64,000 nt of DNA from Candidatus Hydrogenedentota bacterium (GCA_963674865.2 CAXXYE010000011.1:288001-352000); one strand, 5' to 3'. Positions 1 to 10,807 are shown, counted from the first letter of the stretch. The notes: generated from the sequence alone by a model not told the origin. Translations and numbers: made by a program.

Positions 1-1107
1 GTGTTCGATGCTGTCCTCACCGGCGAACTGGAGCATACCCTCGCTGTCCTCCTGGTAGATCCGCATCACGCCCGCCGGCAGGGGAATGCCCAAGGCGTTT
101 TCCTCTTCATTCTGGAATTCGAGAAACACGCCGACGTGCTGCTCGAGCATCGGCTGCATTTGGCTGCTGTAGAAGCGCTCCTGCCCGCGGAACTCGTATT
201 TCTTCAGACACTTAACCGCCGCCGCGTCGAGCAGGGCCAACTGCTTTGACTGGTTCTGCTTGATCGTCGTCCGCCGCGGCATCGTGTACAGGTGATACTC
301 GGCAAAGGCCTCTTCTTTGCGGAGGCGTTCCTCAAAGGCGCCGCCAAAGAAGAACACGGCGCCACCTTCGCCGTCGATATCATAGTCGCCCGGCACGACG
401 TTCACGTCCCCAGCCACGAGTTTCAATTTGGCGTTCGTGTATGTTGCCCCGGACTGGTTATTCATGGTTACCCACCCGGCCAAGTCCAGCGACCGATCAT
501 CCCGCGCGAGCGTTACGACGTAATCCGCCCGCCAGCTCACCCCGTTCGTCAGATACGTAGCTTCTAGAGTCTGTTGGCCTGTCTTGTTTCCGATCAGCCA
601 GATGAGTGACGGCTCTGCGATGAGATTGTCCGGGATCTCAGGCAGCACGACGTTCCCAGGATGGCCAAGGTAAATCTCATCATCCACCCGGTAGATGGGG
701 CCTTCGTTGACGCTCAGCAACTCCGCTTCCTCGGACTTGAAGCCGATTTCCTTGCTGAAATTGACGAGTTTCACCGGTTTCCCGACGTATTTCTCCATCA
801 ACTTTGCCGGGCTCATCAGGTCGTACTCGTAGTTCTGCTCGAATATGACAACCGATCCCGGTTTCGATAACGAGCGCAGGCTCACCGTCTCCGGCCGGAT
901 CTGCTGCGCTACATCCATGAACCTCAGACATAGTTCCCCGGCAGGAAGGCTTATCTGACGCGTGTCCCGTACGAGTGCCAGCCCATTGTTGTACGCCGTC
1001 ACCGCCACATCCGTCTGATCGCCCAGCGTTGTCTCGCTGACGGGCGTTTCGCCGATGGCGCTCGACGCCGCCAGCACCGCAGCGATCCATATCGACAGAA
1101 TCTTCAT
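1..1107 (-). CDS. DUF4139 domain secreted protein (partial, runs off window start; absent from ORF track)
   Basis: Manual translation from ATG at 1107 (GGAGGAG RBS): MKILSIWIAAVLAASSAIG...VAVTAYNNGLALVRDTR...EQNYEYDL...YLTNGVSWRADY...GWVTMNNQSGATYTNAKLKLVAGDVN...YHLYTMPRRTTI; open to position 1. Confidence 0.85.
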   Translation of the reverse strand, partial: MKILSIWIAAVLAASSAIGETPVSETTLGDQTDVAVTAYNNGLALVRDTRQISLPAGELCLRFMDVAQQIRPETVSLRSLSKPGSVVIFEQNYEYDLMSPAKLMEKYVGKPVKLVNFSKEIGFKSEEAELLSVNEGPIYRVDDEIYLGHPGNVVLPEIPDNLIAEPSLIWLIGNKTGQQTLEATYLTNGVSWRADYVVTLARDDRSLDLAGWVTMNNQSGATYTNAKLKLVAGDVNVVPGDYDIDGEGGAVFFFGGAFEERLRKEEAFAEYHLYTMPRRTTIKQNQSKQLALLDAAAVKCLKKYEFRGQERFYSSQMQPMLEQHVGVFLEFQNEEENALGIPLPAGVMRIYQEDSEGMLQFAGEDSIEH

Positions 1108-1319
1108 AACCCCGCTCCTCCCTTTGATTTCGACCCGGATCGTGCTTATCCACCATTATAACGCTTGTGTCCTTGTGTTCTTAGACCCCATCTCCGGCGG
1201 CGGGTTCGAATCAGGGCCGCGATTCAGCAGACATCCCGCCTCGAAGGGAGTGTGCAATGAGTTCCCGCGGCAAGTATCATTGGACTTGTCCGCAGGGAAT
1301 GGCAGAAAGAGGAGACAAG

Positions 1320-2261
1320 ATGAAGTACGAAGCAGTCCGAGGATTCAACTACCAGCCGAGCTACGGGAGTCACGGCCTCGAGACATGGGGCGATGGATTT
1401 GACGTGGCCGTTTTCCGTGAGGAGATAGGACGGGGAAAAGAGTACTTCCCGGGAATGAACGCTGTTCGCCTGTGGCTGTCTTTTGATGCCTATGTGCGGG
1501 ATCCGAAGGCCGTCGCGGCGCGCTTCCACGAGGTCGTCGGCCTTGCGGACGAGTTGGACGTCCGGTTTATCCCGACCCTATTCAACGGCTGGCACAGTTA
1601 TCCGGACTTCGGCGGGATCTCACTGGAAGTAGTCTCGTTTTGGGGCGGGGACGAGCTGTTTGACGAGGTCTTCTTGCCCTATCTGCGGGAATTTGTGGAG
1701 CCTCACGCCGATGACAAGCGCATACTCCTTTGGGATCTCTGCAATGAGCCGTTCAACAGCGCGTGCTGCGAACGCTCACAACAGGTATTCTCGGACTGGC
1801 TTAAGCGCGTCTACGAAGCATGCAAGACCCTCGGAGCCACGGCCCCCATCGCGGTGAGTTCCGTGCCGGACATGCCGTCCATCAAACGGCTGGAACCGAT
1901 ATCGGACGTGCTGACCTTTCATCCGTACTTCGCCTGGAACACCTGGATGAAGAAACCGGAACAATTTCGGTGCTTCGTGGACGAGGTCGTGGCCTTCGGG
2001 CGCACGACGGGCAAGCCCCTGCTGGCTACAGAGACGGGCTGGGGCGCCCTGGACGACAAGAAGCGCGCCGAGGTGCTTGCCGTGGAACTGGACACCCTCG
2101 CGGGGCGGGGCATTGGCTTCACCGCGCACCTCCTGCACCATACGCTCGTCGCCGATGGCCACCGGCCGGAATACGGGCCTATCACCAAGGCGGGCTATAT
2201 GGCCTTCGTCGAAAAGGACGGATCTCTGAGGCCGTATCACGAGATCTTCAACGATTTCTAG
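1320..2261 (+). CDS. Clan GH-A (GH5/cellulase-like) glycoside hydrolase
   Basis: GFNY, GMNAVRLWL, WDLCNEP (acid/base), TFHPY and LLATETG (nucleophile) motifs; AGGAG RBS before ATG 1320. Confidence 0.8.
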   Translation: MKYEAVRGFNYQPSYGSHGLETWGDGFDVAVFREEIGRGKEYFPGMNAVRLWLSFDAYVRDPKAVAARFHEVVGLADELDVRFIPTLFNGWHSYPDFGGISLEVVSFWGGDELFDEVFLPYLREFVEPHADDKRILLWDLCNEPFNSACCERSQQVFSDWLKRVYEACKTLGATAPIAVSSVPDMPSIKRLEPISDVLTFHPYFAWNTWMKKPEQFRCFVDEVVAFGRTTGKPLLATETGWGALDDKKRAEVLAVELDTLAGRGIGFTAHLLHHTLVADGHRPEYGPITKAGYMAFVEKDGSLRPYHEIFNDF

Positions 2262-2322
2262 GCAGGGCACTCCGGCAGCCAGGTGTGCTTGTAGGGGCCG
2301 CCCGCATCTCACATCTTGAGCG

Positions 2323-3582
2323 CTATGCGCTCACGGCCGCGATGATGCGATTGGTGACGCCGTTTCGCAGCCTCACGGTGGCGGCGGACTCGCCGGGTGA
2401 TGCGGACGTGATGAATGCGAGCGCAACACCGCGTGTTGGATCGGCAACGCCGATCACCGTGTCGATGCCGGCATGGCCGAATGCCTGCGGAGACGCGAGA
2501 TCTCCGAAGCCGAACCAGCTATCCTTCGCATTGCCTCGATGCAGCCAGCCAAGCCCCCAGTACTCATGGGTAGGTTTCCGCCCGGCTTCGATGGCGTCGT
2601 CCATCTCTTCTCTATATTGTATGCGATGCATTTCTTCAAGGGCGTTCGGTTGGAGGAGCGCCCTGCCCTTCCACACACCGCCGTTCAGATTCATGTTCAG
2701 AAGTTTCAAGATGTCGCGCGTCCGGCCAAACGCCCCGCCGGATGGGTGACGCAGGAGCCGGAAGTGCTCTCCATCAATGGGATGGGGAAACGATTTGGGA
2801 GGCGGCGCCACGGCCACGTTGGTGTTGGATGACACCGGCAAGAAAGTGAATCCGTCCGCCTCCAAAGGGGCAAACAGGCGCTCCCGGCAGATTTCCGGCC
2901 ATGGCTCGTTGTCGGACACGCGGCGGACGATGTCGGCCATGAGAAGCATCCCGCTGATGGCGTGGTAGCGAGTCCGGCTTCCAGGCGCCCATTCGAGAGG
3001 CGCCTTGCACAGGCCCGCGATAGCCTTCTGCCAACCTTCCTCATCGCCCACATATTCGAGCGTGATGCTTGGGATTCCCGCGGCATGCGTCAGCAGATGC
3101 CGCACTGTGACGGCGCTCTTCCCTTCGGCGACAAACTCAGGGATATACTTGGCGACGGGATCATCGTAGCCGATGAGCCCGTCCTGCCGTGCCATAACGG
3201 CAAGGGTTGCCGTGATCGACTTCGTGAACGAGTAAAGGGGAAACTGGACGTCGCGGTTACACGGCAGGCCGCCCCGCTCCGTTCCGGCGTATGTTCCCCA
3301 GGAGTGCTCAAAGAACGTCTTGCCGTACCGTGTCGCGGCCAGGACGGCGCCCGGACATGGGCCTGCTTCGAGTTCCTTGGCAACGAACGACACGACTTCT
3401 TCGAGAAGCGCCGAGTCGACTCCCACGGATTCGGGTGGTACGGTGCCCGCCACGTCAAACGCGTGGCTTGGCGACTTCATGGCGGCGTTCTCCTCGCCGT
3501 GTGCCAAAGGCAAGCACATGCTCAGTCCGCCCGCGAGAATACCGCGGCAGAAATCTCTTCGGGCAATACTCCTTTTCGGCAC
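2323..3582 (-). CDS. Serine hydrolase, beta-lactamase family, with Tat signal
   Basis: ARRDFC twin-arginine leader; SxxK (YSFTKS), LLTHAAG, FGHAG. Confidence 0.88.
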   Translation of the reverse strand: MPKRSIARRDFCRGILAGGLSMCLPLAHGEENAAMKSPSHAFDVAGTVPPESVGVDSALLEEVVSFVAKELEAGPCPGAVLAATRYGKTFFEHSWGTYAGTERGGLPCNRDVQFPLYSFTKSITATLAVMARQDGLIGYDDPVAKYIPEFVAEGKSAVTVRHLLTHAAGIPSITLEYVGDEEGWQKAIAGLCKAPLEWAPGSRTRYHAISGMLLMADIVRRVSDNEPWPEICRERLFAPLEADGFTFLPVSSNTNVAVAPPPKSFPHPIDGEHFRLLRHPSGGAFGRTRDILKLLNMNLNGGVWKGRALLQPNALEEMHRIQYREEMDDAIEAGRKPTHEYWGLGWLHRGNAKDSWFGFGDLASPQAFGHAGIDTVIGVADPTRGVALAFITSASPGESAATVRLRNGVTNRIIAAVSA

Positions 3583-3615
3583 CTTCCTACCTCCTCAACG
3601 GCTGTGGCGCGCGCC

Positions 3616-4935
3616 CTACTTGGCCTTTGGCCGGAGCCATCGGCGCCAAGGTTTGGCCCTCGCGCCCGGTTCATTGGCGTCAAGGCGCGGCGTTTTGTTC
3701 GCCTCTTGCCATCCCTGCGGGATGGTGGCGACGCAGACATTGGGATTGCCCAGCATGTGCGAAGTGAAGATGACTTGGCATCCCGTGGGATCCCAGCCCA
3801 CGTGCGGGTGTTGCCCGCTGCCGTAGGTGCGATGGCCGCACGTGAGGATATGCGGGCGGCAAGTCTTCCCCTCGAAGAGGGTGATGTCGCCGTGCCAGTT
3901 GTCCGCGGCGACCCAGCGGCAGTCGTCGCTGCCGGAGCAATGCCAGTAGTTACGCTTGGAAATCGTCTTCGGCGTCGCATCGGGCCACCAGGAACCGGGG
4001 CCGATGATCCGCACCATGCCCGTCCGGATGTTCACAACCTTGACGTGGGCGTCCTCCGTCGGTTTGGGATGCAGTCCGCCGCAGAAGACCAACTGATCCT
4101 GTCCCCACCAGTGCTCGTGTGTAACGAGTTCTCCCTCCAATTGCTCGTAAACGTTTCGGGCGCTCCCATCACGCGTGTCCACGACCCACAGGCGCTGTGG
4201 ACGTCCCGCGAAACTCAGCAGGAAGGGATTGGTGTGGCTCCACTGGACGTGGCCGCCGTAACCCAACGTGCCCGGGACGGTGTACACCCGCTTCACCTTG
4301 CCCGACTTAATGTTGATGGTGACGATGGTGGGAGGCAGATCCTCATCCCCGCCCTGGATCCCGAGCGCGAGATGTTTGCCGTCGCAACTCGGATTGAGGG
4401 ATGTGCCGTGCGCGCCTTTGGGTAGGGAGGCGATGACGCGTTCAACGGCCATCACTTCCGACGGGTCATCTGCCGGGGAATCCGAAAGGTGGACATCCAG
4501 GCGCACCTCAAGGACATCATCGCCGCGTCTCCCGTAGACACTGTTGCGGTCGACAGCGGCGGTGGCCGCGCCCACCCCGCCGGCCGGCCCCGCGATGCGG
4601 ATAAGTTCCCCCGTGCCCGTGAGATAGCCCATGAGGCCGCCATTCTCACGGGAAGAGTTGAAGATGATGACAGAGCCGTCAGGCAACCACGAACGCTCGT
4701 GGAAGTATAGATTCGTGTCGGCGGCGGAATGGGTGGTGAGGAACGTGAGTTCGGCCCCGGTTTGCGGGTCGATGATCGTCTCATGCTCGGCCGGAGACAC
4801 CTCGAGCCTATAGGGCGTGCCGCCGGTGTCGGCAAATAGAGGCGCACTGAATGCGAGATACAGAACGACTGCGAGGTTACCTGTGATAGCTAGAGCACTT
4901 GAGCGCACGGGATTTTGCTCCTTATGGGATGGCAT
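3616..4935 (-). CDS. Oligogalacturonate lyase-like beta-propeller protein
   Basis: DPQTGAELTFLT, NLYFHERSW, GHVQWS, THEHW, HPHVGWDPTG...FTS; start placed at MPSHKEQ before a hydrophobic segment (uncertain). Confidence 0.7.
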   Translation of the reverse strand: MPSHKEQNPVRSSALAITGNLAVVLYLAFSAPLFADTGGTPYRLEVSPAEHETIIDPQTGAELTFLTTHSAADTNLYFHERSWLPDGSVIIFNSSRENGGLMGYLTGTGELIRIAGPAGGVGAATAAVDRNSVYGRRGDDVLEVRLDVHLSDSPADDPSEVMAVERVIASLPKGAHGTSLNPSCDGKHLALGIQGGDEDLPPTIVTINIKSGKVKRVYTVPGTLGYGGHVQWSHTNPFLLSFAGRPQRLWVVDTRDGSARNVYEQLEGELVTHEHWWGQDQLVFCGGLHPKPTEDAHVKVVNIRTGMVRIIGPGSWWPDATPKTISKRNYWHCSGSDDCRWVAADNWHGDITLFEGKTCRPHILTCGHRTYGSGQHPHVGWDPTGCQVIFTSHMLGNPNVCVATIPQGWQEANKTPRLDANEPGARAKPWRRWLRPKAK

Positions 4936-5129
4936 CTTGGCGATAGGCCATAGGTATCGCGACGGTACGAGGTCGCTTGCCTCCGGTTGCCGGTTTGACT
5001 CATTTGTTTCAGGCCAATAGACTACCAACGCGCATGGCGGCTTAACAAGATTCCTGATGCTCCCGTTGGCCGCGTTGGCCGCTGTGCCGTGTCTGTAGTT
5101 GCTTTGGATGTTTCGCGAGGAGAAATCGG

Positions 5130-5720
5130 ATGAATATACGACGTATGCTTCCCATTCTGGGATTTCTGGCGGCGCTATCGATGGTGGGCTGCGGCTCACG
5201 GGCGCTGAAGATCGGGCCGGTTCCCGTGACTTTGCCCGTGATCACGGGCCAGCGGATTTCGCCGCTCGATTTCGTTGTCAGCAAGGATCTAGGCGAGGTT
5301 ACCTATGAGGTCTCCCTGCACGACCTGCCGACCGCCGATGCCATTCGGCAGATGGTGGCGGATTATGCCGGCGACTTTGTAGCATCACATATTGAATTGA
5401 CCTCCTTGGAGTTAGCCGAGGTCGTTGCTACGGCCACTGAGGGAGACTTCAGCACGCTTCAGTCCATAGAGCTTGAGTACATTCGAGACGAGGGGGGGGC
5501 GCCCGTAATCATTGGCTCCGCATCCTCCGATCAGGGCCTCGGAACGACGATTGACTTCGATGTGCCGTCTGGCGTCGACCTCCTTGAGATGTTGCCCGAG
5601 GGAGATGAAGCGTCAGGTTATCCGAAGCTGGTGGCCACGCTGAGCGGCACGCCGCCGACGGAGGACATTGTCTTTGACGTGGACTTCTTTGCCGATGCCT
5701 ATGCGAAGGTGACGCTCTGA
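5130..5720 (+). CDS. Hypothetical lipoprotein
   Basis: Signal peptide with lipobox (LSMVG-C); GAGGAG RBS. Confidence 0.7.
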   Translation: MNIRRMLPILGFLAALSMVGCGSRALKIGPVPVTLPVITGQRISPLDFVVSKDLGEVTYEVSLHDLPTADAIRQMVADYAGDFVASHIELTSLELAEVVATATEGDFSTLQSIELEYIRDEGGAPVIIGSASSDQGLGTTIDFDVPSGVDLLEMLPEGDEASGYPKLVATLSGTPPTEDIVFDVDFFADAYAKVTL

Positions 5721-5808
5721 GGCCTCGCTCCGTCCCAATAGGATCTAGGAGAGAGTAAGCGGATCGGCTGCGCCGTGTCCGGGCGTCGCCCTGTTGGAAA
5801 GACCAATT

Positions 5809-6867
5809 ATGAAAGTCGGTATCCTGGGTTTTCCCCGCTCGGGCAAGACCACTATATTCAACTCGATGACGGGCGCGCACGCCGCCGTGGGCGCTTTCGG
5901 TAGCCGCGATGCGAACGTGGCGGTCATTAAGGTTCCTGATGCCCGGATCGATGCGCTTGTGGAGGTCTATAAGCCCCGCAAGCACGTCTACGCCGAGATC
6001 CAGTTCGTCGATATTGCACCGAATGAGAGCGGGGGAGAGCGCAAGATCCTTGATAGCGCCGCGCTTACACTGCTTCGGAACGTCGACGCTCTCGTCCACG
6101 TGGTGCGGGCCTTCGCGAGCGAAGAGGTGGTTCACCCGTTGGATGCGGTGGATCCTGTGCGGGACTGCAAGACCCTCGAGGAAGAGTTGCTCTTCTGCGA
6201 TCTGATTGTCGTCGAGAAGCGGCTGGAACGCCTCGAAAAAGAGCATCGCAAAGACCTCGAGTATGACGCACTCACGCGCTGCCGGGATGCCATCGAATCG
6301 GGCACGCCCCTCCGAAATGTTGAACTCACGCCCCAGCAGGAACAGGCCGTTGCGGGCTTTGGCTTCTTGTCCCGGAAGCCGCTTCTGTTGCTCGGAAACT
6401 ACGGTGAAGAGGCCATCGGCACGCCCGATCCCGCCGGAATCGAGCAATACGCCGCCGAGTGCGGGCAGGTAGGCATTGCCCTTTGCGGCGCCATGGAACT
6501 CGAAGTGGGGGAACTCCCGGAGGAGGAGCGCCAAGCCTTCCGGGATGACCTCGGACTGGGGGAGGAGTCGCGGGTCCGGTTCATTCACGCGGCCTACGAT
6601 GCGCTTGGCCTGATGAGTTTTCTCACGGCGGGCGAGCCGGAGGTGCACGCGTGGACCATCCCGAAGGGCTACACCGCCGTCGAGGCCGCGGGGCGCATCC
6701 ACTCGGATATTCAGCGAGGCTTCATTCGCGCCGAGGTGGTACATTTCGACGATTTCATGGCGGCGGGTTCGATGGCCAAAGCCAAGGAGCACGGCCACGT
6801 CCGCCTCGAGGGGAAGGACTACATCGTTCGCGACGGAGACATCATCCTGTTCCGATTCAACGTGTAG
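5809..6867 (+). CDS. ychF: Redox-regulated ATPase YchF (OBG family)
   Basis: GFPRSGKTT P-loop, VPDARID, LVHVVRAF, AGRIHSDIQRGFIRAEV, RLEGKDYIVRDGDIILFRFNV. Confidence 0.95.
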   Translation: MKVGILGFPRSGKTTIFNSMTGAHAAVGAFGSRDANVAVIKVPDARIDALVEVYKPRKHVYAEIQFVDIAPNESGGERKILDSAALTLLRNVDALVHVVRAFASEEVVHPLDAVDPVRDCKTLEEELLFCDLIVVEKRLERLEKEHRKDLEYDALTRCRDAIESGTPLRNVELTPQQEQAVAGFGFLSRKPLLLLGNYGEEAIGTPDPAGIEQYAAECGQVGIALCGAMELEVGELPEEERQAFRDDLGLGEESRVRFIHAAYDALGLMSFLTAGEPEVHAWTIPKGYTAVEAAGRIHSDIQRGFIRAEVVHFDDFMAAGSMAKAKEHGHVRLEGKDYIVRDGDIILFRFNV

Positions 6868-6878
6868 CCGAGGAACTC

Positions 6879-7955
6879 ATGGCGACAGCGCTTGACCTGG
6901 CACGCTCCGCGGGCAATCTTGAGCGAGTCCTGTCCATCTGCCGGAAGCGGGGCCGGATCCTGGTGTTGATGCAGAACAATCCCGACCCGGATGCGGTCGC
7001 CAGCGCGGCGGCGCTTCGAGACCTTGTGCATGCCCGTCTTCGTAAGCGAGTGACGATTGGATATGCGGGGGTGTGCGGCCGGGCGGAGAACCGGGCCATG
7101 CTTCACGTACTTCACGTCGATGCCAGGCAACTGACGCCGGATGCGCTCGATCGATATACCACCCTCTGTCTGGTGGATACCCATCCCCGCTCAGGCAATA
7201 ACGCGCTGTATACCTCGCGGCGGGCAGATGTGGTTATCGATCACCACGAGCCTGTTAGGGGGCGCCGGTGGGCCGCGCGATTCGCCGATATTCGACCCCA
7301 CTACGGCGCGACGTCGACAATCCTGTATGAGTATGTGCTGGCGGCCGGGATGAAACCCTCCGCCGACCTGGCCACGGCCCTCTTCTACGGCATCCAGTCG
7401 GACACGCAGTTCCTGGATCGTGATGCCGGCCCTGCCGATGCCGCGGCCTACGAGGCCCTTTTCCCGCTGGCGAACCGCAAGAAGCTCGCCCGTATCCGTC
7501 GGGCGCCTCTTCCGCCTGACTATTTCCGAATGCTGCACGACGGACTCGAGAGCTGTGTGTTGGTGGGGCGACTTGTCTTGTGTGCGCTACAAGATTGCGA
7601 TACCCCCGACATGATTGCCGAAGTGGCCGACGTGATGCTTCGTCTGGACGCCGTGAGGACGTCGGTTTGCTACGGACGCTACCGGGACAGAATACACTTC
7701 TCCGTGCGGACGGTGGATGCGCGGGGAAACGCGGCGGGCCGTGCCCGGCGTATTGTGAAAGGGATAGGGACGGCCGGTGGCCATGGTACTATTGCCGCGG
7801 GCCAAGTTCCGGCAGGCGAGGATGCCAATCCAAGGATGGCTGAGCTGCGCCGCAGAATACTTGCTGTTTTCGCGCCGCGAGAATCTGCCCAGCCGCTTAT
7901 TGAGTTGGACGGCCCGGTGTTGAATGTACCAAGGAGTGAAGGTGAGGTTTCGTAA
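6879..7955 (+). CDS. DHH family phosphoesterase with DHHA1 domain
   Basis: NPDPDA, LVDT, IDHH, GIQSDT and C-terminal AGGH motifs; AGGA RBS before ATG 6879. Confidence 0.85.
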   Translation: MATALDLARSAGNLERVLSICRKRGRILVLMQNNPDPDAVASAAALRDLVHARLRKRVTIGYAGVCGRAENRAMLHVLHVDARQLTPDALDRYTTLCLVDTHPRSGNNALYTSRRADVVIDHHEPVRGRRWAARFADIRPHYGATSTILYEYVLAAGMKPSADLATALFYGIQSDTQFLDRDAGPADAAAYEALFPLANRKKLARIRRAPLPPDYFRMLHDGLESCVLVGRLVLCALQDCDTPDMIAEVADVMLRLDAVRTSVCYGRYRDRIHFSVRTVDARGNAAGRARRIVKGIGTAGGHGTIAAGQVPAGEDANPRMAELRRRILAVFAPRESAQPLIELDGPVLNVPRSEGEVS

Positions 7956-8818
7956 TGATCATTGACGCCCATAGCCACCCTGACTGGCACAAGCACGATT
8001 TCAATGCCTTCGTGGCGAACATGGACAAGTTCGGGATCGAACGCTCCTGGCTGCTCACATGGGAGTGCCCGCGCGATGAGTATGATCCCGTCTGCAATGC
8101 GGTCATTCCGCAATTCAGCACCACGGGGCCGATTCCCTTTCCCCGCTGTCTGGCATATGTCGAGCGCGCTCCGGAGCGTTTCGTTCTCGGATATGCCCCC
8201 GATCCCCGGCGGCCTGAGGCCATCGATCTGCTGAATGCGGCGATCGATACGTATGGAGTCCAGGTATACGGGGAACTGAAGGTGCGGATGACGTACGATA
8301 ACCCGGACGCACTTCGGATGTTTCGCTTCTGCGGAGAGCGGGGGCTGCCGGTGGTAGTCCATATTGATTACGAACTCGACCGGAACACGCGCTACCCCCG
8401 CCCGAATTGGTGGTATGGGGGCGGTATCGACGCGTTGGCCCGCGCCTTGCAAGCTTGTCCGGATACCGCGTTTCTAGGACATGCGCCCGGTTTCTGGGCT
8501 CACATCTCCGGCGATGACAAGTATGACAAGATAGCCTATCCTGAAGGCCCCGTTGTACCGGGGGGCAAGGTGGTCGCCCTATTGCGGGAATTCCCGAACC
8601 TGCATTGCGATCTATCGGCAGGATCGGGGATGCGGGCGTTGAGCCGTGACCCTGCATTCACCAAGGAGTTTCTCCTTGAGTTTCAAGACAGGTGCCTCTA
8701 CGGGCGAGACTATTTCGACAACCAGCACCAGGAATTCCTGAATGGCCTCGGCTTGCCCGACGGCGTCCTCGAGAAGATCTATTCGGGAAATGCCCTCAGG
8801 TTGGTTCCGCCAACCTAG
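7955..8818 (+). CDS. Amidohydrolase family 2 protein
   Basis: IIDAHSH, GELK, VVVH, FLGHAPG, DLSAGSG, YGRD; TAATG overlap with the upstream stop. Confidence 0.85.
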   Translation: MIIDAHSHPDWHKHDFNAFVANMDKFGIERSWLLTWECPRDEYDPVCNAVIPQFSTTGPIPFPRCLAYVERAPERFVLGYAPDPRRPEAIDLLNAAIDTYGVQVYGELKVRMTYDNPDALRMFRFCGERGLPVVVHIDYELDRNTRYPRPNWWYGGGIDALARALQACPDTAFLGHAPGFWAHISGDDKYDKIAYPEGPVVPGGKVVALLREFPNLHCDLSAGSGMRALSRDPAFTKEFLLEFQDRCLYGRDYFDNQHQEFLNGLGLPDGVLEKIYSGNALRLVPPT

Positions 8819-8951
8819 TGCGCGGCTTGAGGGTGAAGCAAGCCCTCTTCCGTCAAAGCCATCCGTCGCTCACCTTGAGTGGCCGCAACAGCTCCCGAAG
8901 AATTGAGCCATGCGCGGGGAGCTGCCACCGATGACGCACGGCGCAGCACGC

Positions 8952-10724
8952 CTATTCTCCTGTTTCGGCGTTGAGCAGCTCCTGCCAGACCGTTTCCGCA
9001 ACTTTGTTGACACCGGCCTCCTGCTTTCCCGTGCGCACCTGCTGCACCATCGATATCTTCCCGGCAAGTGCCTGTTTCTCACCCCTGACCATGTCGAGAA
9101 GTACCTCAGGATTTCGCGTGACGCCACGAGCATAGTCCGTTCGCGGAGGCTTGCCCATCACGCTCTTCATCGCAGCTTCCGCCGCATCATAGCGGGCCGT
9201 CATGTCGCGGGCAACACTCTCTTCAACAGCAAGAGCCCGCTCACTGAAAGCCGCCTTCTCCGCCTCCGTCTTTAGGTTCTTTCCCTGTTCGATTGCCCAC
9301 TTGCCAGTCAGCGTGTCGAGCGCACCTGCATAGTACTTCAGCGCAAAGACCACATACTTCTCCTCTGGATCTTCAAACTCGAAAATGGGCTCCATCGCTT
9401 CCCTTGTCATTTGCAATCGCTCGGCCATCGGCCACGAGAACTGCTCATTCTCGACACGACTGTACACATGCGCGAGGTAGCCCCTGAGATATACGTTCGC
9501 GTTGATTTCGTGGTAATGCCACTCCCGCCAGTCCTCCGGCAGGTGTTTCCAGTCGGTCGGGTACCGCGTCAGCCACTCGCGCGCCACGGAATTCATTTCA
9601 TCCGGCAGGTTCAGACTTCCAGCCAGGAGTACATGCTGCAAGACGATCCAGCGTTCCAATTCGAAGGGGAGATCCGTCAAGGGCCGGAGGTCGCGACAGA
9701 GCTTGAGCCGCTCCTCGTAGCCTTGGTCTGCCATATCTGCAAGAGCCATACATTGCCCGTACACGGCGTCGGAAATCGCCCCGTCCATGAACAATTGTGC
9801 GAGATTGGGCTGGAGATTCACTATGTGCGTGTAGTCCAAAACAGGATGTGTGTCCCATACTGTTGGGGGAGGCGAAGGCGACAGAGACTCGATGAAGGGG
9901 TCCGAATAGAGAACAACATCAACAGCATCTGGATGAGGCGACCTCCCTTCGGAACGCGCGACTGCTCCCTCCAGAATCCACTCCATGTACGACCGATAGG
10001 CGGCATTGTCTTCCTTCTTTAGAATGGACTGAATGAACGAAACGCCCGCCTCCGGCTGGCTCAGGGCCAAAGTCCACGGCGCTTTGCTACGAAGGGACAG
10101 CACCGCAGTGTCCGGTTCGTTCTTGAAGAGACTGCCAGCGCCAGGGTCCTTCATCGTGCAGTGTGCCGCTCTGCTGGCCCAGAACTCGGCCCTCTCCGTC
10201 CCCAACACGAATTCCAGATCTTCCTCACGTCCCGTCTCCAGAAGTGCTACCAGCGCCGGGGCTAGGACATTCTCGTGAGGAATGAACTTGATGACTTCCG
10301 GCAGATCGGCCTGCAGTATGTCTTTGGCCACATCCGCGACGCGTGGAGAGCCAGGTAAGGCCTTCAGGAGAATCCCGAACGCATCGTGCCACAGTTCCCA
10401 GCGCTCATCATCACTCAGGGCGCCAGGTGACTCAAAGAGAGCAAAGAGGGCCTCCACAAAATCTCGCTCAAGTGGGATCTCGGCGCCCGGATAGGGCGAT
10501 ACAACGCGGCCCCTCCATGCCTCCTGTTCTGGGCCTGGGAGCCGTCTATAGTGCGGCAGAATTCTTCTGTTTATTCGGGCCAAGGCTTGTTTTGTCTCAG
10601 CCAGTCCCTCGCCTCGAATATCGAGGGCGGGTTCCATCGAAACGAAGTCAAACTGCGCAACGGCATTGAAGCTCACGCATAATGACAGAAAAGGAACGGC
10701 GCAATAACGTCCAAAGGTAGCCAT
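8952..10724 (-). CDS. Hypothetical secreted, predominantly helical protein
   Basis: Long ORF; AAGGAG RBS before MATFGRYCAVPFLSLCVSFNAVA signal-like start; no recognised family. Confidence 0.65.
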   Translation of the reverse strand: MATFGRYCAVPFLSLCVSFNAVAQFDFVSMEPALDIRGEGLAETKQALARINRRILPHYRRLPGPEQEAWRGRVVSPYPGAEIPLERDFVEALFALFESPGALSDDERWELWHDAFGILLKALPGSPRVADVAKDILQADLPEVIKFIPHENVLAPALVALLETGREEDLEFVLGTERAEFWASRAAHCTMKDPGAGSLFKNEPDTAVLSLRSKAPWTLALSQPEAGVSFIQSILKKEDNAAYRSYMEWILEGAVARSEGRSPHPDAVDVVLYSDPFIESLSPSPPPTVWDTHPVLDYTHIVNLQPNLAQLFMDGAISDAVYGQCMALADMADQGYEERLKLCRDLRPLTDLPFELERWIVLQHVLLAGSLNLPDEMNSVAREWLTRYPTDWKHLPEDWREWHYHEINANVYLRGYLAHVYSRVENEQFSWPMAERLQMTREAMEPIFEFEDPEEKYVVFALKYYAGALDTLTGKWAIEQGKNLKTEAEKAAFSERALAVEESVARDMTARYDAAEAAMKSVMGKPPRTDYARGVTRNPEVLLDMVRGEKQALAGKISMVQQVRTGKQEAGVNKVAETVWQELLNAETGE

Positions 10725-10807
10725 GGTACGTGCTCCTTGTATGCTTCGGACTCGCCCAAAACCGTCAGTTGATCTGACTATGTTAGGCAAAATGAACGTC
10801 ATCGTTA

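Noticed and set aside
2962..4425. 487-aa + strand ORF
   Set aside because: Antisense shadow of two well-supported minus-strand genes in GC-rich DNA; no motifs
5008..5016. TTTCAGGCC as a further end of the 123-bp element (also near 20373)
   Set aside because: Only 9-11 bp match with no flanking similarity; expected by chance
5509..6798. 429-aa minus-strand ORF
   Set aside because: Antisense to ychF
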